Counted from the stretch's first letter, positions 28,588 through 37,061 are shown. The stretch: DNA of 64,000 nt from Candidatus Aminicenantes bacterium (GCA_014727835.1 WJMT01000068.1:12327-76326); one strand, 5' to 3'. The notes: generated by a model not told the origin, from the letters alone. Made by a program: numbers and translations.

Positions 28588-29466
28588 ATGATCAAAAATC
28601 TGATTTCCTTAGAAAAAATATCTATATATCAGTTCAGTGAACTCTTGGACCTCACACTTGAAATCAAAGAAAAGCCCCATCGTTATAAAAACAGTCTTTC
28701 TGGATGCACAGTGGCGGGAATATTTCAAAATCCTTATTTTTTAACCCAGGTGTGTTTTCAAGTTGCGGTTACCTCTTTGAAAGGTCAGCCGTTGATTATG
28801 AAAAACACACATATTCAGACGCAGAGTCAAAATCTTTCAGAAATAGCCTGTCAGTGTCTTGACCAGTGGATGGATGGGATTTTTATAGAAACAAAAAACC
28901 ATGGTCACATAATTGAACTGGATAAGTTTTTAACCATACCAGTGGCAAACGCGCATTCAGAAATTCACTCCCCCTGCCAGGCAATAGCAGATTTTCTCAC
29001 CATCAAAGAAAACCATAGGGATCTGACCAGCATCAAGCTTGCTTTGATTGGCAACCAGAAAAACATAGGCCACAGCCTTTTGTTGGCATCATCTCTGAGC
29101 GGGGCAAGCATCCACATTGCATCTCCTAAAGAAAAACAGCCCGATCCACAAGTCCTTGAGGCTGCCGAAGTCAATGGAAAACAAACAGGATTTCAATATG
29201 AAATCTCTGAAGAACCCCAAAAAGCGATCTCAAATGCAGATATCATTTACTATTCATACCCCAATCAAAATCCTTCACTTTTTAACTCGATTTTGATGAA
29301 TTCAAAACAGGACGCTCTGTTTATGACCAGCATGTTCCCTGAGGAATGGAAAGAAAACAGGATTCAAAACATTCCTTCAAAACGTCGCTTATTTTTCAGA
29401 CAGGCAGATAATAGACTTCATATATTGAAAGCGATTATGGTATCATTAATAAGAAAAAAGAAATGA
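28588..29466 (+). CDS. ornithine/aspartate carbamoyltransferase-fold protein with degenerate active-site motifs
   Basis: ATCase/OTCase-like layout. GIFQNPYFLTQVCFQVA stands in place of F-x-K-x-STRTR-x-SFE-x-A. HSPCQAIADFLTI corresponds to HPxQxLAD. LFMTSMFPE stands in place of FMHCLPA. NRLHILKAIMVSL is the conserved C-terminal helix. Confidence 0.65.
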   Translation: MIKNLISLEKISIYQFSELLDLTLEIKEKPHRYKNSLSGCTVAGIFQNPYFLTQVCFQVAVTSLKGQPLIMKNTHIQTQSQNLSEIACQCLDQWMDGIFIETKNHGHIIELDKFLTIPVANAHSEIHSPCQAIADFLTIKENHRDLTSIKLALIGNQKNIGHSLLLASSLSGASIHIASPKEKQPDPQVLEAAEVNGKQTGFQYEISEEPQKAISNADIIYYSYPNQNPSLFNSILMNSKQDALFMTSMFPEEWKENRIQNIPSKRRLFFRQADNRLHILKAIMVSLIRKKK

Positions 29467-29478
29467 GAAATATGAAAA

Positions 29479-31629
29479 ATGGCTAAGGCAAGTGAAAACA
29501 CAAAGATAGTCAAAGCTGATCTTGATTTTATTAAGGAAAAGCTTTCCAAGCAAAACAAGGTTCCCTCTCTGTCCAAATTAACAGAAAGTCTCGCTTACAA
29601 GAAAAATGCCAGACAGCTGAACCAAGACGTATTGAAATATAACCCTTCCTGTAAATATGAAGTTAATGACCTGATTTGCAAAAAATATGATGAACCTCTG
29701 GTTGTCAGCAGTAAAGAAAAAAAGCACTATAAAGGAAAAGTTGTTCTCAAAGTCACAAACAAAATCAACTATCCTGACTATAATTGTGAAATGCTTGAGG
29801 TGGATTATTCCGGAGGAGGATTGTTCCGCAGGCACATCGATTATATGAAAAGAAAAAACACCCAGGTGCTTCTTCCTGCAGCAACCGAAGATCAAGCCAA
29901 ACCTCCGGAATCGATCAAAAAAGAAGACGATCCGAGACTGCACAAACTCCCCATGACCGAAAGGGACATGAAAATTTTAAGTACAAATCTGAGAAAAGCC
30001 ATTTCAAAATCCGATGAATTCTTCGGCTGGAACGAACACTGGCAGATGACCAATAAAAAGGTCCAAATCCCGGATAAGACCATAAAAAAGATAGAGAAGC
30101 ATCTCAAAAAAGATAAGAAATCAGCTTCCACTGAAGAAATCGTTGAGAAATTCCTCAACACCAAGCCCAAAGATGATAAATTTGACATCTATTGTTTGAG
30201 TCTGAACTTCATACTCAACAAAAAATATAAGAAGACGTTTCTCTGCGTCTCGCCTAAAGGGTGGGGCAGATGGTTCCTTAAGGAAATCCTGAAATCATTT
30301 CTCAAAGGCAAACCTCTGGCTATGGATAAAGCAGAACTCCCTGATCTGGAAAAAGGACAGTATGAATCCATCAAGGCCAAAGAACAAAAATTTCCCCTCA
30401 GAATTTATCTCTCCTGGAGAGAAATCCTTTCAGGCGGTATCAAAATGCCCCCGGAGCTCAATCGTGATCTTTCAGAATCAAGAGAATATAAATTTACAGA
30501 TGAAGAAGAGAGCCATGATGTCACTGTCTATTATTATCCTTCCCGCAACATATTCTTGGGATTGGACGAATTCTACAAAAAACATCATATCCCCCAGGGA
30601 GCAAGCTTAACCCTGAAAAGAAAAGACTCGAATCACATAAGCTTTCGTTTGAAAAAATCCAAAAAGAAGATTTCTCTTCCCTCTCTTGAATACCATCCAA
30701 AAAATGATGATTTTTCAATCGCTGATAAAGAGGTCCCCACTTTTGCCCATCCCAACAAAATCATTTACATTGAACATGAAACTCTCAAAAATTTGTTGAA
30801 ACTATCCGAACAGAAAAAAGACAAAAATCTCAGAGAACTTCTCATTACTGTATTTAAAAATTTTGGATTTGAAGGAGAAAGACAGACCCTTCATTACAGA
30901 AAAGCATTCCACCTTGTGGATATTCTCAAACACACTTCGTTGAATGATATTGAAAAGACCTTATGTTTATCTCCAGAATTTGAAATGTCAGAGAAGAAGA
31001 AGGGCTTGTTCTTTTATCATGAAAAAATCAAAACCGAAAAAGAATTGGAATTGGAAAAGCCTTCTCCTTCAGATGAACAGCTTGAGCCAAAAACAGAAGA
31101 GGTAAAATCAAAAAAAGAGACTCTGCCTGAGATTGGAACAGTCGGAGAAATCAGCACACCGGAGATACATCTCGAAGAAAAAAAAGAAATCAAGCCCCCT
31201 GAGAAAAAGAAAGCAGTTAAGAAAAAGAAAGAGAAAAAACCCAAGCCCAAACCTGCCCGGGCAAAAAAAGAAAAAGAGGTCCCTTTCGAAGAACCCCTCC
31301 CTGAAAGAAAACCCAGAAAAACAGAGAAAAAGGAAGTGGATTTCGCAAAACCTGCGCGATCAAAAAAGGGAAAGAAAAGAATCATAGAAGAGCAAATCGA
31401 GCAAGAGGAATCCGAACTTGAAGCATTCTTTGCCGTGAAAACAGATGAAGACAAAGAAATGGAAGAAGACGCCATCGAACATCTGAAAACAAAACCAGAA
31501 AAAAAGAAAAAAAAGAAGAAATACACTCAAACTGATGAAGGGCCTTTGTCAGGTGGATTATTTGGAGAGAAATTAAAATCCGCCTTGGGTCAAGATAAAA
31601 ATAAAGAATCCGAAAAAAAGAAAAAGTAG
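29479..31629 (+). CDS. hypothetical 716-aa protein with a ~200-aa Lys/Glu/Pro-rich low-complexity C-terminus
   Basis: Long ORF 12 nt downstream of the OTC-like gene. I recognise no enzyme motif. The tail includes KKAVKKKKEKKPKPKPARAKKEKE and KPEKKKKKKKYTQ. Confidence 0.6.
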   Translation: MAKASENTKIVKADLDFIKEKLSKQNKVPSLSKLTESLAYKKNARQLNQDVLKYNPSCKYEVNDLICKKYDEPLVVSSKEKKHYKGKVVLKVTNKINYPDYNCEMLEVDYSGGGLFRRHIDYMKRKNTQVLLPAATEDQAKPPESIKKEDDPRLHKLPMTERDMKILSTNLRKAISKSDEFFGWNEHWQMTNKKVQIPDKTIKKIEKHLKKDKKSASTEEIVEKFLNTKPKDDKFDIYCLSLNFILNKKYKKTFLCVSPKGWGRWFLKEILKSFLKGKPLAMDKAELPDLEKGQYESIKAKEQKFPLRIYLSWREILSGGIKMPPELNRDLSESREYKFTDEEESHDVTVYYYPSRNIFLGLDEFYKKHHIPQGASLTLKRKDSNHISFRLKKSKKKISLPSLEYHPKNDDFSIADKEVPTFAHPNKIIYIEHETLKNLLKLSEQKKDKNLRELLITVFKNFGFEGERQTLHYRKAFHLVDILKHTSLNDIEKTLCLSPEFEMSEKKKGLFFYHEKIKTEKELELEKPSPSDEQLEPKTEEVKSKKETLPEIGTVGEISTPEIHLEEKKEIKPPEKKKAVKKKKEKKPKPKPARAKKEKEVPFEEPLPERKPRKTEKKEVDFAKPARSKKGKKRIIEEQIEQEESELEAFFAVKTDEDKEMEEDAIEHLKTKPEKKKKKKKYTQTDEGPLSGGLFGEKLKSALGQDKNKESEKKKK

Positions 31630-31646
31630 ATCCCTCCTCTTTGATG

Positions 31647-31683
31647 ACAATTTTTTGTTGATCGTTAACAATTTTTGTTGATC
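31647..31683 (+). repeat. tandem direct repeat ACAATTTTT(T)GTTGATC x2
   Basis: The two copies are at 31647-31663 and 31668-31683, separated by GTTA. Each contains the mini-palindrome AACAA-TTT-TTGTT. Confidence 0.7.
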
Positions 31684-31787
31684 TGCACTGATACAGAAAG
31701 TGATTAATCTTGTAATTTATTCATTTGCAACAATTTAGGATATGGCATAAAAGTTGCATCTTATTTTGGCACATGAAGTGAGGAAAC

Positions 31788-31961
31788 ATGAGATTAAACA
31801 GACTATTGAAACGACACTTTAAAACATTCAGCATGATAGGGATTGCCAGTTCTTGGCTGACGATTGCTTTGGTTTGGGGAGGATTTGCTGTTCTTCCTTT
31901 GGTTGGTTTTATCATCACCGGAGGATTTTTTGGGCTTGCCTTTGCAGGAATCGCCCTATGA
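31788..31961 (+). CDS. candidate 57-aa small membrane protein (below the ORF-track cutoff)
   Basis: GAGGAAAC precedes the ATG at 31788. The translation is MRLNRLLKRHFKTFSMIGIASSWLTIALVWGGFAVLPLVGFIITGGFFGLAFAGIAL, with a basic N-terminus and two Gly-rich hydrophobic helices. Confidence 0.4.
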   Translation: MRLNRLLKRHFKTFSMIGIASSWLTIALVWGGFAVLPLVGFIITGGFFGLAFAGIAL

Positions 31962-31985
31962 TGAAAAAAGCAAGGATCTCTTTGA

Positions 31986-33080
31986 TTAAAGTATTTTATG
32001 AATCGATCCTTGTTTCCGGGTCACTCCTTTTTTATCCAGCAATTCCAGCAGAGGGATAGCGTATTTTCTGGATAAACCCGACAGCTTCTTAAATTCCGAA
32101 ACCGTCAACTGTCTTTTTTTTGATTTCTGAAGCTGAGTGATCAATCGGTCGAGCCACTCAGAAAAAAAGATGAATCCTTCTTTGCCGTGAATGACTTTTC
32201 TTCGCTTCAGCAGAACATTCAATATTCGCTCAAATCGATCAGATGAAATGCCAAGAAGTTCCTGCAGTTCTTCAAAAGAATATTTTTTAAACTCTCCCTG
32301 AGAGCACATTAAGTCCAGCTCTGTAAAAATCTTTTCATCCTCCTCTGTTAAGTTCTCCTCTAGTGAAGAGAGAACCAGACGATCCTCTGATTCATGAATT
32401 CGATTCAAATGTTTCAAGTATTGAACCGTCAGTCCCAATATTTTTGGATGAGCATTGATTTTTGTCTTGAGGTTTTCAAAACTCAGTCCTTTTTTTTGCT
32501 CCTCCGGACGACTGTGTTTTTCAATCAATCTCAAAATATCTTTTTCCAATGAATCCAAATTCGATCGCGACACAATGAAAACCGGATTAAAAGAGACCAT
32601 CCTTATCTTCCTTTCCCGTTCTAAAGCTTGGCATATATCCAAAATTTGTTTTCCACTAAGCCGGGCAATTTTTTGGATTTGCTTTTGACTCAATCCTCTG
32701 TATCCCTTTGTTTGAGCGAGTGCATAGATCATGTCCTCTTCGCTTTGATTCAACTGTTTTAAAAAAATAAGATGTTCATCCTGATTGTCAGTATCCTTTT
32801 CTTGGATTTCAGGGAGCAGGACTCTCCCCTTTGCGATCTCCTGAGAAGAGCTGGGATCTATAATTGTAAAGGAATCGTTCCACTTCATATGAACCGATTT
32901 TTCAGGACACAGGCGCACATAGACCTTTCCTGTTTTCATCTTGTCTGTCTCAAAATAAAACACAGACGCACGGATTTTTTCCTTCCCGGAAATGACCACA
33001 TCCTTATTCACAACCTTCTCCAAACGGTCTCTCAACTCCAGTTCGGCATCAAAACACATGACATTCTGAATGACTTCCAT
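31986..33080 (-). CDS. SelB C-terminal-domain protein (EF-Tu-like domain III plus winged-helix repeats, no GTPase domain)
   Basis: The C-terminus LSGLSRKYAIPLLELLDKKGVTRKQGSIHKIL matches the SelB WH4 signature (RKYAIPLLEYLDR..TRR.G). The N-terminus DSFTIIDPSSSQEIAKGRVLLP resembles the end of SelB domain III. The start overlaps the rnr stop (TAATG). Confidence 0.7.
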   Translation of the reverse strand: MEVIQNVMCFDAELELRDRLEKVVNKDVVISGKEKIRASVFYFETDKMKTGKVYVRLCPEKSVHMKWNDSFTIIDPSSSQEIAKGRVLLPEIQEKDTDNQDEHLIFLKQLNQSEEDMIYALAQTKGYRGLSQKQIQKIARLSGKQILDICQALERERKIRMVSFNPVFIVSRSNLDSLEKDILRLIEKHSRPEEQKKGLSFENLKTKINAHPKILGLTVQYLKHLNRIHESEDRLVLSSLEENLTEEDEKIFTELDLMCSQGEFKKYSFEELQELLGISSDRFERILNVLLKRRKVIHGKEGFIFFSEWLDRLITQLQKSKKRQLTVSEFKKLSGLSRKYAIPLLELLDKKGVTRKQGSIHKIL

Positions 33081-35149
33081 TATTTTTGAGTTTTCTCGAT
33101 TTTTTTTACCAATCCCAGGTTCATCCTTCTGGACTCAGGGCTGACAGAGAGCACCATCACACTGACTTTTTCGCCGATACTGAATTTTATCCCGGTCCTC
33201 CGTCCGGAAACAGTCTTATCTCCTTTTTTCATATAATAATCTTCTTTCATATCATGATAAAGTATCATACCTGTGACAAAATAATTATCCAGCTCCACAA
33301 TTAATCCAGATTTTGAGATCTCCACTATGAATCCTTTGCATTGCTCCCCCAGTTTGCTCTGGAGCAACCGGTATATCCTCCACTCCACTAAATCCTTCTC
33401 TGCTTCCTCTGCGTTTCTCTCTTGCTCAGAGCAGTGTTCTGCGTCTGAGTCCAGGGAACCCATATTGAGTTGAGAATCACGAAGAACACTTTTCAATATT
33501 CTGTGGATGATGAGATCCGGATATCTTCGAATGGGAGAGGTGAAGTGAGTGTAGTCTTTTTTTCCCAATCCAAAATGGCCTGAGTTCCGGGTGGAATACA
33601 CCGCGATTTGGAGACTTTTCAGCATCTCAAGAGTGATGAATTTCTCTTCAGGCCAGCCCTGAATCTGTTCCAGAATAGATTGGATGTGTTTGGGACCCAA
33701 ACAAGATCCCTTTGGCAGGGACAATCCAAAGTGATTCAAAATCTCTTTGAATCTTACGATATCATTTTTTGCGGGAGGAGGATGGATTCTGTACAGCATA
33801 GGTATATCCAAATCAGAAAGGAACGAAGCCACAGCTTCATTAGCCGCCAGCATAAACTCTTCGATCAGCCAGTGCGCTTCATTGGTTATAAACGGAACCA
33901 CAGCATCCAAAACTCCCCTTTGATACACCAGCTCGGGTTCAGCCAATTCAAAGTCAAGGCTTCCGGAATCGAGCCTTTTTTTTCTCAATATAGAAGCCAG
34001 CTTGCGCATATTCATCAAATGGGCAACAAGAGAAGAATACCGATTTCTTTCTTTCCGATCACCTAAAAATATTTTATACACAGAGTTATAGGTCAGTCTT
34101 GCTTGAGTGGAAATGACAGAGCGAAAAAAGTCTTTTTTTGTCACTTCTCCGTTTCTGTTGATCTCAAGCACAACAGAAACCGTCAGCTTTTCTTCTTGAG
34201 GCCTCAAACTGCAGATCTGGTTGGACAGTTTCTCTGGAAGCATAGGAAAAGTTTGGTCAGGAAAATAAACACTGGTGGCCCTTAAATACGCTTCCTTGTC
34301 TATGGCAGAACCTGGCTTTACGTAATGGGAGACATCAGCAATGTGAACCCCTAAAAGAAATCCGCCCTCTTTTTGTTTCTTGATGCTCACCGCATCATCA
34401 AAGTCTCTGGCATCCTTTCCATCAATGGTCACAGAGATCCAGTCCCGAAAATCTTTTCTGCCTTTTTTTGGGCTGGCACTCAATCCTGATTTGAAATCTT
34501 CTGCCTGACTCAGCACATCCGACGGGAAAGACGGTCTCAATCCATATTTTTGAGTGATGACTTCAACATCCACTCCCGGTTCATCCGGCATTCCTAAAAT
34601 CCTCTTCAGTCGATTCTGAGAACGGTCAACCTCAATGATTCCGCCGTTTTTCAGCCCGGCTCTGGAAGGAGCCTTGAAACGGATTCCTTCTTTGGAGGGA
34701 GAATCAAAAGGAAAACACAAATCCTGACCATTGACGTTTTCATACATCCCGATGATGGTCTTTTTAGCTTTTTTCTTCACCCGGATGATTCGTCCCTCTG
34801 GTTTTCCTTTCTTCGGATTATAAACATAAGCCAGTTCCACTTCATCTCCCAACACCGCGTGGCCGGCTTTGCCCGGCGGGATGAAGATATCCGGGAGTTC
34901 CTCTGGATGTGGTTTGACAAAACCATAATCTTTGACCACAGTAACCAATTTACCGGAAACCAGCTCTGTTCCCCGATGCAAGTAATACTTACCCCCCATG
35001 CGGAAAACCAGTCCCGCTCCCTCCAGCTGTCTGAGTTTGGCTTTAAGCACCTGTTTCTCTTTGGAGCTGATATTCAGCTTATTGACCAATTTCTGAAACC
35101 GAATACCATAGCTGTATTTTTTCAAAAGATTAAGAACTTGATGGACCAT
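33080..35149 (-). CDS. rnr: ribonuclease R
   Basis: Cold-shock-like N-domains, an RNB domain (DFDDAVS; HFGLG...YTHFTSPIRRYPDLIIHR) and a C-terminal S1 domain. Confidence 0.93.
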   Translation of the reverse strand: MVHQVLNLLKKYSYGIRFQKLVNKLNISSKEKQVLKAKLRQLEGAGLVFRMGGKYYLHRGTELVSGKLVTVVKDYGFVKPHPEELPDIFIPPGKAGHAVLGDEVELAYVYNPKKGKPEGRIIRVKKKAKKTIIGMYENVNGQDLCFPFDSPSKEGIRFKAPSRAGLKNGGIIEVDRSQNRLKRILGMPDEPGVDVEVITQKYGLRPSFPSDVLSQAEDFKSGLSASPKKGRKDFRDWISVTIDGKDARDFDDAVSIKKQKEGGFLLGVHIADVSHYVKPGSAIDKEAYLRATSVYFPDQTFPMLPEKLSNQICSLRPQEEKLTVSVVLEINRNGEVTKKDFFRSVISTQARLTYNSVYKIFLGDRKERNRYSSLVAHLMNMRKLASILRKKRLDSGSLDFELAEPELVYQRGVLDAVVPFITNEAHWLIEEFMLAANEAVASFLSDLDIPMLYRIHPPPAKNDIVRFKEILNHFGLSLPKGSCLGPKHIQSILEQIQGWPEEKFITLEMLKSLQIAVYSTRNSGHFGLGKKDYTHFTSPIRRYPDLIIHRILKSVLRDSQLNMGSLDSDAEHCSEQERNAEEAEKDLVEWRIYRLLQSKLGEQCKGFIVEISKSGLIVELDNYFVTGMILYHDMKEDYYMKKGDKTVSGRRTGIKFSIGEKVSVMVLSVSPESRRMNLGLVKKIEKTQK

Positions 35150-35194
35150 GACATATCACCTTTCAGAAATGATAAAACATATTGAGCCCCTTTG

Positions 35195-36319
35195 TCATGG
35201 ATATTCCTTTATCTGGTATTGGACCACCACATGATAGCCCCGGTCCCCCTCAATCACAGTCCACAAGGTTCCATCTTGAGCAAACACTGAGCTGTAGCCC
35301 AATTCTCCTTGGATTTTTATCCGCTTCACAAACTGTCCGTTCCTCTCAAAGACATCCGCCAACTTTTCTTTGCCGCTCTCTGTATAAATTGAGATCCATA
35401 TATTGTTTTCTGGGGCCACCAGGATGTCCTTATAATAAGGCTTGAGTTTTGGAAACCGGGTGTATTTCTTGATCAATGGAGGCGCTCCCTGCCTCGTCTG
35501 TCCATTTATCACATAAAACATGGATGAAAAATATTTGTCTCTATCTTTTTTGCTGACTTTCACTCTGCGGCTTTGGTGCTCAATGGAAAACAGTTTTTCT
35601 TTGTTATTGGTCAATACATCGATCTTGTATTCTTCCTGATAACCGATGACGATCTTGTTTGGGCCCATCACATCCCATGAAACCAAAGGGCCGAATGGGA
35701 TCTTTACGTCGTCTTTGATCTTATTCACATATCTCTCTCTTTTTATGGGATGACTGTAAAATTTTTCCTGCTTTTCCAGCTCTTTATCCATAATATAGAT
35801 GACTGCTTTCTCGTTTTCAAAGTCACCTTCACGGACCTCAAAAGCAATCTGTCCGTTTCCAAGAGACTTTAACTTCCACACCACAGCCGGCTGTTTGGAT
35901 TTGACATGACGGACGAACTCACCGTCTTCATTAAAAAGCGAAAACCGGTAGTTCCCCAGCTCCCAGATGATCATGTACCTGCCGTTAAAAATGATTCCAG
36001 TTGGCCGGTTTAAATCTCCGGGGCCTTTACCTTCCTGACCAAAGACTTTTAAAAATTTGCCTTGAGTGTTGAAAACTTTAATGTTATGGGCCCGCGTATC
36101 TGTCACAAACAGTTCATTTCTTGAATTGAATGCGATCCTAGAGGGATTAGTGAAGTCAATTGTCTCCGGAAGGTTTCTAAAATCAATCCTTTTTATCTCC
36201 TTAAACCAGACACTTGCTATATCTCCCATGTTATTCCCAACAGCTGCTGTATACTCATAGCCGACTATGAAAACAAGAGTCAATCCAAGGACCAGATCCA
36301 AGATCTTTTTCTTGTTCAT
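35195..36319 (-). CDS. NHL-repeat / 6-bladed beta-propeller protein with an N-terminal membrane anchor or signal
   Basis: NHL-like repeats (ELFVTDTRAHNIKVFNTQGKFLKVFGQEGKGPGDLNRPTGI). A GGGAGG RBS precedes the ATG at 36319 (MNKKKILDLVLGLTLVFIV). Confidence 0.6.
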   Translation of the reverse strand: MNKKKILDLVLGLTLVFIVGYEYTAAVGNNMGDIASVWFKEIKRIDFRNLPETIDFTNPSRIAFNSRNELFVTDTRAHNIKVFNTQGKFLKVFGQEGKGPGDLNRPTGIIFNGRYMIIWELGNYRFSLFNEDGEFVRHVKSKQPAVVWKLKSLGNGQIAFEVREGDFENEKAVIYIMDKELEKQEKFYSHPIKRERYVNKIKDDVKIPFGPLVSWDVMGPNKIVIGYQEEYKIDVLTNNKEKLFSIEHQSRRVKVSKKDRDKYFSSMFYVINGQTRQGAPPLIKKYTRFPKLKPYYKDILVAPENNIWISIYTESGKEKLADVFERNGQFVKRIKIQGELGYSSVFAQDGTLWTVIEGDRGYHVVVQYQIKEYP

Positions 36320-36422
36320 CTTGCCTCCCTGGAAACAGTTATCCAAAGATTTTTTATAATATTTTCTGTTTGGGGCTTTCATTTGTCGCCGTTTTTTTAC
36401 CTTTCAATTTAATGAAATCAAA

Positions 36423-37061
36423 TCAATAATAATACAGAGAAACATAGGGGATTTTGTGCTTTTCCCTGGTATTTTTGATGTATTTCCTCTGTGCGATCTG
36501 AATTTTTTCTGATTCCCTGGTCACACGGTACTCACTTCCTGCTTTTTTTGCGAACTGTTTGATAAGGCCTTCAGAGACCCGGTAAAGAAGTTTTTGATCC
36601 ACCTGTTCATCTCGTTGTTCCAGAAGGTCCTCGTTCAATTCACCTTTAGATAAATCATCCAGGATCTCCTCATAGATGCTTTTTAGAAAACGCACTTCTC
36701 CTGGAATATTCTCAAGAAAATTATTTATCTGAATCCTGATCTCATGAATCTTTTCATCCAGGGATTGGTCCTCACTCTTCTGCCCGATCTTCCTTTCTTT
36801 CTGCTGACTGAAGGCGGTAGAAACAAATCCGGAGCAAAAGGACAAGTTGAAGGTCCCCCGCTTCTGACGACTCCTCTTGAAATGTTCATGCGCTGACTGG
36901 ACCCCTTCCAAAACAGCATTCAGAGGAATGCACTGCTTCTCCCACTCCTCTATCACCTGGATCTCCTGAGATGAAAGAATTAAAGGAGACCCTCTTAAAT
37001 CGAATAAACAGCGGGCAATCGTCTGATAGTACTGCTCCTGTTCAAGTTTATGATCTGTCAT
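36423..37061 (-). CDS. hypothetical protein (weak DnaD/DnaB_2-like N-terminal pattern)
   Basis: A 212-aa ORF overlapping the coaX stop by 4 nt. LRGSPLILSSQEIQVIEEWEKQCIPLNAVLEGV resembles the G-x-PLS-x-x-E-x-x-x-I-x-x-W pattern of DnaB_2 domains. The C-terminal half is charged and helical. Confidence 0.45.
   Translation of the reverse strand: MTDHKLEQEQYYQTIARCLFDLRGSPLILSSQEIQVIEEWEKQCIPLNAVLEGVQSAHEHFKRSRQKRGTFNLSFCSGFVSTAFSQQKERKIGQKSEDQSLDEKIHEIRIQINNFLENIPGEVRFLKSIYEEILDDLSKGELNEDLLEQRDEQVDQKLLYRVSEGLIKQFAKKAGSEYRVTRESEKIQIAQRKYIKNTREKHKIPYVSLYYY

Noticed and set aside
31500-31520. Programmed ribosomal slippage on the poly-A (K7) tract
   Set aside because: The A-runs are interrupted by G, and the zero frame continues to a sensible end. 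No alternative-frame ORF of any length follows. I note this only as a possible sequencing-error hotspot.
31017-31526. 169-aa minus-strand Phe/Ser-rich ORF
   Set aside because: It is the mirror image of the Lys/Glu-rich low-complexity tail of the 716-aa gene (AAG/GAA read as CTT/TTC). It is an artefact of composition.
31986-33080. Selenoprotein genes or SECIS elements associated with the SelB-like gene
   Set aside because: I saw no gene in this window that needs an in-frame TGA to complete a known family, and no selA, selD or tRNA-Sec. The Sec machinery cannot be inferred from here.
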